NCBI GenBank assembly: GCA_008369845.1
Contig: MRSU01000808.1
Span: forward strand, 1 to 64,000
Length of the DNA stretch: 64,000 bases
DNA from: Trichomonas gallinae
Lineage: Eukaryota
Reading direction: 5' to 3'
In this document: in pieces, positions 1 through 9,529 of the stretch
Layout: each line of letters starts with the position of its first letter
How positions within the stretch are numbered: position 1 is the stretch's first letter
Position numbers and translations under genes: made by a program
The notes under the pieces: model-generated
Told to the model about the DNA's origin: nothing
Seen by the model: the letters and a program-made list of their open reading frames with translations, nothing else
The model's database searches: none

Positions 1-65
1 AGGGATGTGCGAACTGGCCGTTTAGTGATGGATTCGCTGATTTTGGATTCGGGGTTCGCTCGCGA

Positions 66-91
66 AAAGTGACACCGTGTAGAAAAGTGAC
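66..91 (+). promoter_or_regulatory. Recurrent AAAGTGAC intergenic motif (tandem pair here)
   Basis: Copies at 66, 84, 1228, 17247, 17887, 17901, 39367 and 46892, and on the minus strand at 15012, 16582, 61957 and 62001, mostly just 5' of genes. From memory it resembles a reported T. vaginalis upstream motif (not verified). Confidence 0.55.
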
Positions 92-522
92 GCGATGTTG
101 AAATCATAATTCATTTTTGAACAATGTTATATTATATGCTTCGAGTAGTGCAAAAGATCGAATAAAACAAAAAAGATTAGACTAAGACAAAGTTTCGCAC
201 AGCTGATTTATCCAATAATTTGACAATATACTATGTAGTGATAAAAGAACCAATTGATATATTTGCAAATGAATTGCATTTCATATGATTGAGGGAAAAT
301 AAGGTTAAAATGAAATTCAAAAAAATCTCTAATTCAGAAGATTGTCATTTCGAATATTAAATATTATCAGATCGTTTTAATGTACTCAATCAATGCACAT
401 GTACTAATTGAATATATCATATAGATACAACTCACTATATTTTGAAAAATAAGATACTTTTTCGTTGATATTGAAGCCGATTCAAATTTATTATTACAAA
501 AACGTGACATAAAAGTGATTCG

Positions 523-1188
523 TTATGATTCAAAATCTAAAAATACAACAGCAAAATATGTCGAATCATTCATCATATAGCTCACTGGATAATAACATAC
601 TGTTTTAAAATACTCATTGTGACAATTATCCAAGAATACTAATTTCACATTTTTGATTTTTGTAACGAAACCATGTTTAGCATAAATCGTCAAAGAAGGA
701 TTTAAATTATCAAAATAGATATCTCTCATCCCGCAGTATTTTATAACTGACAAGGAATCACAATAATGTATATGTGGTTTGTTATAATCAGGATTTAAAG
801 TAACTTTTCTAGGAAAAATGATTTCTTTCAAATGAGGTGACATATAAAATACATCAAAACTTAGATAAACTGAACATAAAGAATCAAATATGACTTTCAC
901 TAAATTAGGTAGTTGAGCGAAACCTGCCCAATCAACAATTTTCACAGTATATGGTACGTAAATAAATTTAATTTCATCTATATTATAAAATGCGAATCGT
1001 GAGATTATATTTACTTCATAAATCATTTTATTATATGTAACATGTGAGGGAATTATTAAATTTTCAGGTATGTTAGATAATGTTTGAAATCCAGACTGGA
1101 TATGCGTCTGTGCAGGCGCAGTGCCGATTTGGACACCAGTTCCATTAATTTTGTATACAATGTTATCAACGACAAAAGTGATGACTAA
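523..1188 (-). CDS. Short BspA-like (TpLRR) surface-protein frame with defective start (possible pseudogene)
   Basis: The ORF-track protein (start 1026) extends 54 codons upstream without a stop (LVITFVVDNIVYKINGTGVQIG...NLIIPSHVTYNK-MIYEV). LRR_5-like units (IISRFAFYNIDEIKFIYVPYTVKIVDWAGF) and a hydrophobic C-tail are present. The nearest ATG (1192-1190) is one base out of frame. Confidence 0.65.
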   Translation of the reverse strand, partial: LVITFVVDNIVYKINGTGVQIGTAPAQTHIQSGFQTLSNIPENLIIPSHVTYNKMIYEVNIISRFAFYNIDEIKFIYVPYTVKIVDWAGFAQLPNLVKVIFDSLCSVYLSFDVFYMSPHLKEIIFPRKVTLNPDYNKPHIHYCDSLSVIKYCGMRDIYFDNLNPSLTIYAKHGFVTKIKNVKLVFLDNCHNEYFKTVCYYPVSYMMNDSTYFAVVFLDFES

Positions 1189-1702
1189 TCATTCATCTGA
1201 AGAAAAATTTACAAAAATATATTATGAAAAGTGACATATATTCCCCAATTTGAAAACTTCAGCATTCAAGCAAATATAAATAGCACCACTATATCGTTGA
1301 AAGATATTGTATCGCGCATGTCAAAACAGTTTGAACAACATAAATCACTATCTTTCATCTTGCTATGCCAAGGAGGAGAGGCCTTGAAAATGCGAACACC
1401 TTGTTTTCCTATCATGATAGGATTTTCTTTTGCATGTCCATTTTCTGGGATAACCTGTATCATGCTAAAATGACAAATTTTCGTCAGGATTGCAAGATGA
1501 CTTATTGACAAAAAGTCGGAATTGCATGAATAATATTTGATATTTGTCAAGAAGTCAGAATTGCTAGAATATCATAATGAAAATTGGATATAGGAAAAAT
1601 TGTTGGATCGTTATATAATTTATCAATGTGAGCATACCTCCTTATATTCTGAATATCGGCCAAAACAATGTGAGATGATTCTGTCACCTAATCTAAAGAA
1701 AA

Positions 1703-2845
1703 ATGTCAAAATGTCAGAATGGTTTATACGTTGAAACCATTGAAAATCATAAAAAATATAAAATCGGTTTTTATTCTGATCCATGTTTAGTAGATGCATC
1801 GAAAGGTGAACCAAATTTCAAGTACAGTGATGATAAAACGCAAGTTTCATTATACTACCCATGTAAAACTCAAGGTTGTACACCTTACGAATTAGATTTA
1901 AATGCGGGAATATATCGAATTGAGCTTTATGGTGCATCCGGTGGATATCATAATGATTCCATGGGTGGCCATGGGGCTTATACGTCCGGATATATAATAT
2001 TGAAAAATTTATCGAAATTTTACTTTTATCTTGGCGGAAAAGGTTCACCAAACGGTCCTGAAACCTTTAATGGAGGTGGAAAAGGTACAAAATCCACTTC
2101 TCCAAATGGAAGAGAGTTTCTTAGTGGCTCTGGAGGTGGATCCACAGATATGAGAATAACTGATGGAAATTGGAAATCTCTTGAGTCGCTAAAGTCTCGA
2201 ATAATGGTTGCAGCTGGTGGATCTGGAGGCCAGTATCATTACAATGACTTCGCAGGTGTTCCAGGTGGAACTCTGAAAGGATTCGAAGGTTTTCGACAAG
2301 GAAACAATCCTGAGTATGAATTGATCAAGTCAACAGCACCAACCCAAACATCTCCTGGGAAAGGTGCCATTTCCACGCAATACAGCAACGCCTATGGAAC
2401 AGATGGAAGCTTTGGATATGGTGGATATCAGATCCAAGGCTTCTGGGGTGCTGGAGCAGGAAGTGGATACTATGGAGGTGGTGGCGGTAGCTATGTTGAA
2501 GGCGTAACTGTGACTGGCTCAAGTGGTTCATCTTTCATTTCTGGGCATTATGGATGCAATGCAATTGCAGAGGACTACAGCCTTGAAAATATGAACCACA
2601 CGAATCAGCCAATACATTACTCAGGCATTTTTTTCAAGCGAACAGTAATGAAGAGCGGAAATGAATCATTTAGGTCGGCTTTTGACATCAATGAAACTGT
2701 CATTGGCCATGTTGGACCTGGAGTTGTAAGAATCTCAATAGTTCCACTAGTTTTCCCTTATGAGTGCAGCTGCGTCCAAAATTACTCGTTTTTGAATTAC
2801 ATTAAATCATTTGCTATCTTAGTTATGATTATCATGGAATCTTGA
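1703..2845 (+). CDS. Glycine-rich domain protein (ALK/LTK-type Gly-rich domain family) with hydrophobic C-terminal tail
   Basis: Motifs GIYRIELYGASGG, GSGGGSTDMR, RIMVAAGGSGG, GYYGGGGG and GSSGSSFISGH; C-terminus ECSC...FAILVMIIMES. Confidence 0.8.
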   Translation: MSKCQNGLYVETIENHKKYKIGFYSDPCLVDASKGEPNFKYSDDKTQVSLYYPCKTQGCTPYELDLNAGIYRIELYGASGGYHNDSMGGHGAYTSGYIILKNLSKFYFYLGGKGSPNGPETFNGGGKGTKSTSPNGREFLSGSGGGSTDMRITDGNWKSLESLKSRIMVAAGGSGGQYHYNDFAGVPGGTLKGFEGFRQGNNPEYELIKSTAPTQTSPGKGAISTQYSNAYGTDGSFGYGGYQIQGFWGAGAGSGYYGGGGGSYVEGVTVTGSSGSSFISGHYGCNAIAEDYSLENMNHTNQPIHYSGIFFKRTVMKSGNESFRSAFDINETVIGHVGPGVVRISIVPLVFPYECSCVQNYSFLNYIKSFAILVMIIMES

Positions 2846-4077
2846 TAATAAAAATCTCAAGTGACAATGAACTATATTAAATTTTTCATAGATTAGATTA
2901 AATTTGAATTCATTGAAGATATTACATATAAAATTCATGAAATTATATATTTATAAACATATAAGTAGTGTGGTATCATTATATGCATCATATGATATCA
3001 TACTATCTAATAATTATCAGTACAAATCGCAAATTTTCATTAAAATTATTATTTCTCGTGAGTTCTGCAATGTAAATATAATAAATATAATAAATCAAAC
3101 AAATAAGCACACATGGTACTATATTTGAATTGATTATCGTTATTTAAGAGGATTTTATTAAAAAATATAAAATGACCATTAACATGCACTTATGACTATA
3201 TTTTAATACATATTATCAACATTATTGATAACTAGTGCTTATTATTACACTTAATGACGATATTTTTTCCGTTCATGATTATCAAATATCACAATCGAGA
3301 TATTGTCAAAGATTCATATATATCAGTTAAACAATTTTTATCTCTTCAAATTTACCTAAAATTTAAGAACTCAATTATATCTGATGCCACAAAATAATTC
3401 ACTTTTTGTACTCTTGAAAAATTTTCAATAATTAGTTATCCAAAGCAACGGCAAAAAATGTTACAGTAAAACCAACCATAAGTATAATTACAGCAACAAA
3501 GATGTGTAGAAACGACGATAGATGTGTCGTTAAAATCACATCAGTCCTAGAATATCTAGATATGAAGCAAAGTTTAGAAGAAAAGTAGGAAAGAAACAAC
3601 AACAATAAAAGATAAATTTTTATGAAAATTATAGAAATAGGTATAACTGACGATATTAAACATGGAAAATAAATAAAATCGCACTTTTCAGTGACCATGC
3701 AAACTTTATTTTTATATAACGTTATTGGAATTATATTTAAATATAACAAAAAACGGTCAGAATTATCAATTTTTTTTGATTTAACAACAGAATCGGAAAT
3801 TTATTGTATTTCATATTCATATGCTGTTTAGCACTGTGTTTGATCGACTGATTTCGCCTATCAAACTCACAATTTTGAATTCAATTGAATTTCTTTGTGT
3901 ATACTATCAAATTTTTTTATATTTTATCAAACAAAATTAAAAATTTTATATTATGACCATTATTTTTAATTTTGATAAAATTTGAATCAAACTCAACTAT
4001 CAGCAATGTTATAATACACAATGTTCCGAGTATTTTTAAGCAGATTTTTGTTAATAAATTACTTTTGAAAACAAATT

Positions 4078-4102
4078 CAATTTATCGCTTTACATCCAAA
4101 CA
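4078..4102 (+). repeat. 25-bp exact direct repeat; second copy at 4603-4627 inside the downstream CDS
   Basis: CAATTTATCGCTTTACATCCAAACA occurs at both positions. Confidence 0.9.
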
Positions 4103-4427
4103 ATAATTTGAACAATCAAATTATTAAATCAAAATAATGATAGCAATTGCCATAGTATTAATTTTGTAATTTTTATGCGAAATTGAATCTTAAATCTCAA
4201 AATCAAAAATATTTAGTTATTTATGGTTTATAGGTATTCCAAATCATCTAAGTTAAACAATAATCTTCCCAAACCGTATTTTTATCAAAATATCATAATT
4301 AAATATGTATGTATGATATATTATATGATATCATATTTATATGCATCTATATATAAATTTCTAATAACAATATGATTTTATTTTTTAAAAGACTATAGAA
4401 AGATTTGTGAGATGAGTGTCAAAAAAA

Positions 4428-7400
4428 ATGTTTGCTTTCCTAAATTACCTGTCTTTCAGCGCACAGATAATAAAATATACCAACTATGAATTTCCAGATT
4501 CAGCCTTTGATATGCTCTACAAAGATACTTCAACTGCTTACATATCTAAGAAAGGTTTTTACGCAATATTCCAATATTATCAGAAAGATGGCTCATTATC
4601 GCCAATTTATCGCTTTACATCCAAACAGACATCAATTACAGCTGAGAATGGCAATATTAAAGTTCAACAATATATTACAACTGATAATTATAATAAAAAT
4701 CTCCAAGTTGTATCTTATCAAATTTTAAACAACGATCAGCAGAACCCACTCAAATATAAACTTGGTGTATTTACCGGCCTTGCTTTTAAAGAAAACGATA
4801 ATGTGAAAGTTTCTTGGGCAATGAATAAAATGGCGATCGCAGCTCAAGGAAGCAACGTGAACCACATGGTTATCATAAAGGGCACAGATTATCCGGATGT
4901 TGACACAGTTTTCATTGGTGAGAAAAATATCGATAGCTTAGATAAGGATAATTACCCATATTATGATAACACCACCACTGATACAACAAGCACACAAAAT
5001 TCCGCCTATGCTTTCTCATGGCAAAGAACAATCCAAGCATTTAGCTCTGAGTATGTCGGTTTTATTGTAGGTCCAAACGAAAAGATTAATAGAAAACCAA
5101 TAGTCCGTGATTTGACACCAGAAAAAGATGTATATCCAGATAAGTTTACTCTTCAAATTGAAGCAATTGACTACGATGAAGATGAAATTACAATGCATTA
5201 CAGGATAAATGGTGAAGAGTTTGTAGATAGCAATAACATATTCTTTACAGATGGAGCTGAAGCTGTCAGAAATGTATTTTATTATAGAGTTGATTTCAAA
5301 GATAAGACATATTTAACCTATGAAGCATGGGCTGTTGATAAGGCAGGCACTATGTCCAACTCAGTATCTAGATTTGTCTATAGACAAGGTTACAAACGTC
5401 CAGAATTGCACATGGATGTTCATCCTTTGCCAGAATACACAGTAGGTGATTATATGGAAATTGCTGGTTACATTGAAGATGAAAAGCAGGTATACATTAA
5501 TTGGAATTTTGATCAAGGAGCTCCTGAGCGCTATCAACAATTTTTTGATACAACACCACAAGGACAACAATATTTCAAGATTAAAATCCCAATTCCTGCT
5601 TTAGATACATCTGCTGAAAGTCATACAATTTATATTTGGGCCTCTGATCCACTTGAAGTTACTTCGCAAAAGATCCCATATACATTCAAGCTTAAGGCCC
5701 CAACCAATCCAACCATCATGAACTCTTTTATCTCCGATGAAAGAGTTCTCCCAGAAGACAAGATAATTATCTACGGCGTAGTTTCAGATCCAGACGATGG
5801 CCAGCTTGTCAACATCACAGTCAGATGGGAAGATACAAATGCTGCAGCAGTTACCATTGGTAATGTAACTGTTAAAAACAACCAGGCCATATTTTCTTTG
5901 TTCTATGATATCCCAGCTGGTGTTACTCCAGGTCGCTACCACATATATGTTGGTGCAGTTGATGCTGATAAGAAAGAATCTCGCGAACTTTTCAAAGTTG
6001 GTGTCACAGTCTACGACCCAGTTCCACCAGAACCACAGAAGCTCTCGCAGATCTTCGATCCAGGTCAATCCCGTGATCCAAATGCATGCTTCACGCTTCA
6101 TTACACACAACATGATGGAACAGGCAGGAGATCATTGACAGCCGGTGATGAAGGCTTTTATGTTGCTTACAGGCTTTATCAAGAGAATCAATTTTACCCT
6201 AGAGCAGATTTCAGCCTAATTAATAGCACGCATACATCAACAACTGATGATATCACCATTAAGTATTTCCCGGATAGAGATCCAGTCTCAGGTTTCTTCC
6301 AGGCCAAGTTCAACATAACTAACGAAGGATATTTCGACCAAAGAATTGATCTCGGCCTCTTCGTCGATTCCAATTTCGGACAAAGTGACCAGCGAATCGA
6401 GAGAAGAGATGATGGCAGAGGCTTTGTTGTCAGCGATCCTGAGCTCAACGTTTTCTACACAGTCTTCACAAGATATGGCGATTATCCAGACGTTAGTTAT
6501 ATCAATATTAATCCAAACGTCAAGAGACCAGCATCAGGACATATTCCAGTTGATCAGATGCCATTCTTCCAAAATTCAGATGATCCATTCAGCACAGCTA
6601 GTGATCCTATGTATGGTCTTTTCTGGAAACGCTTAACAGCTAAGGCTGGCACATCAATAATATATGCTCTTACATTTGCCGGACACGACAATCTCAGAAC
6701 TCCATCAAGAATCCAGAAGTCACTCAAGCCGTTCCGCGTATACTACTCTAAGCACGACAAGATTAACTTAACTTTGAAAGTTTACGATGACAACGTTGCA
6801 GAAAAGCTCGACTGGACATTAGTCATGACTGGTCAAGATAACAAAACTGGCTCATTCACTGTGAAGAAAGACGACGTAGCTGAAGTTCTGGAATTCAAAG
6901 ACATTGATGTTGGAGAAGGTCCATTCTTCGAGTACAAGCTCATTGTCACAGATCAATCAGTTTTCTTCCCTGCAGTTTATAACGGTAAAATCATAGTCAG
7001 CCAACCACCAACATTTTCAATAAGTAACAAAGCCTTCGAAGATTACATACAAGGCGAGAGAGTCGCACTATCTGGATGGGCTAAATCTCCGAAGTATGTG
7101 AATATCTTGTACAGCTTCTCCAATGGTGTATCTGATAGTAAGCCAGATACTGTAGCGAGCATCTCGACAGATGGATTTGATACGAAATGGGATGGTACTA
7201 TGAAAATCCATACTGCATTGGTTCCAAGAGAGGAACAGTACACTCTCAGAATATGGGCTGAAGATGAAAACGGTATTAAGAGTGAAAACACAGAAATCAT
7301 TAGATTCAAAGTCATCGAGAATATCGCGCCAGTGCTAAAGAAAGCAGGCATCAGCAAGAAGGTAGCTATGAGAGGAGAGAAGATACTTTCTTACGCAGTT

Positions 7401-7631
7401 ATTAACGATACACAGATTGGTAGAAATGTCGACATCTATGTTGTAATTGGAGATATTTCTAACAAAGTTCACACTGCATTAAATCAATATGGAACATTTA
7501 ATCAGCCAGTTGCCTTCTACGTGACTATTCCTAACGAACTCGAACCGAGAACATATGATGTCATATTCCGCGCGAAAGACCTCAAGCTTTGGTCAGAAAA
7601 CAACATAACAAAAACTATTATAGTAACATAA
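4428..7631 (+). CDS. Bap-like / Ig-like repeat protein, probably secreted (copy 1)
   Basis: Long ORF with the ATG at 4428 after an A-run and a short hydrophobic N-terminus (MFAFLNYLSFSA). Repeated Ig/cadherin-like motifs (AIDYDED, VSDPDDG, WAEDENG, GRYHIYVGAVD). Two internally homologous halves and no C-terminal TM. Confidence 0.8.
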   Translation: MFAFLNYLSFSAQIIKYTNYEFPDSAFDMLYKDTSTAYISKKGFYAIFQYYQKDGSLSPIYRFTSKQTSITAENGNIKVQQYITTDNYNKNLQVVSYQILNNDQQNPLKYKLGVFTGLAFKENDNVKVSWAMNKMAIAAQGSNVNHMVIIKGTDYPDVDTVFIGEKNIDSLDKDNYPYYDNTTTDTTSTQNSAYAFSWQRTIQAFSSEYVGFIVGPNEKINRKPIVRDLTPEKDVYPDKFTLQIEAIDYDEDEITMHYRINGEEFVDSNNIFFTDGAEAVRNVFYYRVDFKDKTYLTYEAWAVDKAGTMSNSVSRFVYRQGYKRPELHMDVHPLPEYTVGDYMEIAGYIEDEKQVYINWNFDQGAPERYQQFFDTTPQGQQYFKIKIPIPALDTSAESHTIYIWASDPLEVTSQKIPYTFKLKAPTNPTIMNSFISDERVLPEDKIIIYGVVSDPDDGQLVNITVRWEDTNAAAVTIGNVTVKNNQAIFSLFYDIPAGVTPGRYHIYVGAVDADKKESRELFKVGVTVYDPVPPEPQKLSQIFDPGQSRDPNACFTLHYTQHDGTGRRSLTAGDEGFYVAYRLYQENQFYPRADFSLINSTHTSTTDDITIKYFPDRDPVSGFFQAKFNITNEGYFDQRIDLGLFVDSNFGQSDQRIERRDDGRGFVVSDPELNVFYTVFTRYGDYPDVSYININPNVKRPASGHIPVDQMPFFQNSDDPFSTASDPMYGLFWKRLTAKAGTSIIYALTFAGHDNLRTPSRIQKSLKPFRVYYSKHDKINLTLKVYDDNVAEKLDWTLVMTGQDNKTGSFTVKKDDVAEVLEFKDIDVGEGPFFEYKLIVTDQSVFFPAVYNGKIIVSQPPTFSISNKAFEDYIQGERVALSGWAKSPKYVNILYSFSNGVSDSKPDTVASISTDGFDTKWDGTMKIHTALVPREEQYTLRIWAEDENGIKSENTEIIRFKVIENIAPVLKKAGISKKVAMRGEKILSYAVINDTQIGRNVDIYVVIGDISNKVHTALNQYGTFNQPVAFYVTIPNELEPRTYDVIFRAKDLKLWSENNITKTIIVT

Positions 7632-8702
7632 TTAAATAGTGGGATTAATTTATTAATTTTAATATTTTTTACAAAAAACAATATTGTTTTACAAATATAT
7701 GTTATATTCTTTGTGAAAGAGTATAATAAACTAATACTAGCACCTGAATGCATTAAATTCAAATTATAAATTTATAAAAAATAATTTAATGGACTAATAC
7801 CAACTTTCGATTTAACATCATAAACTATTTCAATAATTACAATAAAAAAGGTGGGTTGAACGAGTAGAATTCGAGATTTATTTCAGATTTTTTTATATAT
7901 ATTTGAAAGTATTTTCATACTCTCCTAGGGGTAAGGATGTTGAATATTCAAGTATCTCCGCTCCAGAAAAATTTTTAGTGAGACTTTCCAACGTATTTAC
8001 AAATAAGCTTATTAAAAATTTTGAAAGGACATAGAATATTTTTGATACGTCTCATTGAATCGTAACTCACGCTCCTTTTCGAACTAAATTATATATTAAT
8101 TATGTAATATATTCTATTGAGGTTACTTTATCAACATTTACAGTGGCAAAAAAAATTTACATGACAAAATATTTTTTCATCTGTAAAATGACTAATTTCC
8201 CTTTTATAATATTAACTACAACATGACATGACGTACTTAATGCCGATTATGCTTGTTAAAATATTTAAAAAAAAAGGGAATAAGATAAAATCAATAAACT
8301 CTTAAAGTCATGCCAACAATTGTGGTATAAAAATAGTTGTTATTTGATAAAATCCAAAATTAAATATTTCTGATATCTGACATTTACAATAATATACATG
8401 ACAAATAATCAAAAAGCGAATTTTGCAGTATTAGAATACAATTTTTAATTAGCTGAACACTAAGATGTAAAAAATCTATCATAAAAATACAAATTGTTGC
8501 TTTCTGTGGATATTTTTATAGAATGACATTCGAAAAGTGAGCCCAATTTAATTTTGGATATAAAAAATAGATTATAATGAACTTGATCATTTCATTTATA
8601 CACAAGAAATTAGGTAACAACTTATTTTTAATATAAATTGAGAATATTTCTGGATTTAGCGACGTTTAGCCTAAATAATAGACAGCAATAATAAAGTTTC
8701 AA

Positions 8703-8753
8703 AGTAACCCAAGAAAAAATTTGATACTGATTTGAAATTTTTCTTGGGATACT
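8703..8753. repeat. Intergenic inverted repeat (stem of about 18 bp)
   Basis: AGTAACCCAAGAAAAAATTT ... AAATTTTTCTTGGGATACT, with one mismatch and a one-base A-run difference. Confidence 0.7.
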
Positions 8754-9529
8754 ATTGCAGAAATATGGTATAAAATTCGATAAACCATTCATAATTTTTC
8801 AATTGAGAAATTCAATTTTTCTGAACAATTAACGTTAAACAAAGTTATAATAGATCAAACAGGATGAATGGTAAAATACTTATGAATTTGATTAAGGCTA
8901 GCTCTTAAAAATTATTTTGTTTGAAAGAATTCGATTTTGTTCTATTTATTATGGATATTGATTTATAATTTTCTAACAAAGACAAGAAATTATCAGATTT
9001 TATTTTTTCCGAATTTCTTAATCATTATTTTGCCAGAAAATTTATCGATAAGCATATTCTATACATAATAATAAGCAAATTTTCAACCTTAATCAAATTT
9101 ATAACTGTCGAAAAATTGCATCTATAATATATAGCTAAGCCGAAAAAAAAAATAATAAAAAAAAGAAAATCGTTATTTCATAACGAAAAAAATGTTTATA
9201 TTTTCAAACAGATAATCATTAAACAAAATCGGCATAGTTAAATTTGCATCGATTTTCGTGTGAGTTTCAATGATAAAGAATAAAAAAAAACTATTTTTTA
9301 CGTTGACATAATCATTTTAATCCAAAAGAAAATATTAAAAAATACACGACACATACATCAAGCTTATTATTAAAACATGAATTTTTCTCATGCCAAATTT
9401 TTATCGAAATTATAATGAAAAATTTTGACTAATACAACTAAATAATCAATATCAAAATTCATACTTTTCAATATATTGAAAGTTTCATAAACATTTCAAA
9501 AATTTGTGAACAAAAAAAATAATTTTTTA

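Noticed and set aside
1..100. tRNA or other structured RNA in the GC-richer window start
   Set aside because: No cloverleaf or convincing T-loop/acceptor stem could be built.
1231..1550. Overlapping short ORFs 1231-1473 (+) and 1266-1550 (-)
   Set aside because: Non-ATG starts and no recognisable domain. The minus frame ends in a Cys plus hydrophobic tail and may be a remnant, but support is too weak.
3432..3749. 105-aa hydrophobic minus-strand ORF
   Set aside because: TTG start, hydrophobicity explained by T-rich composition, and no homology visible.
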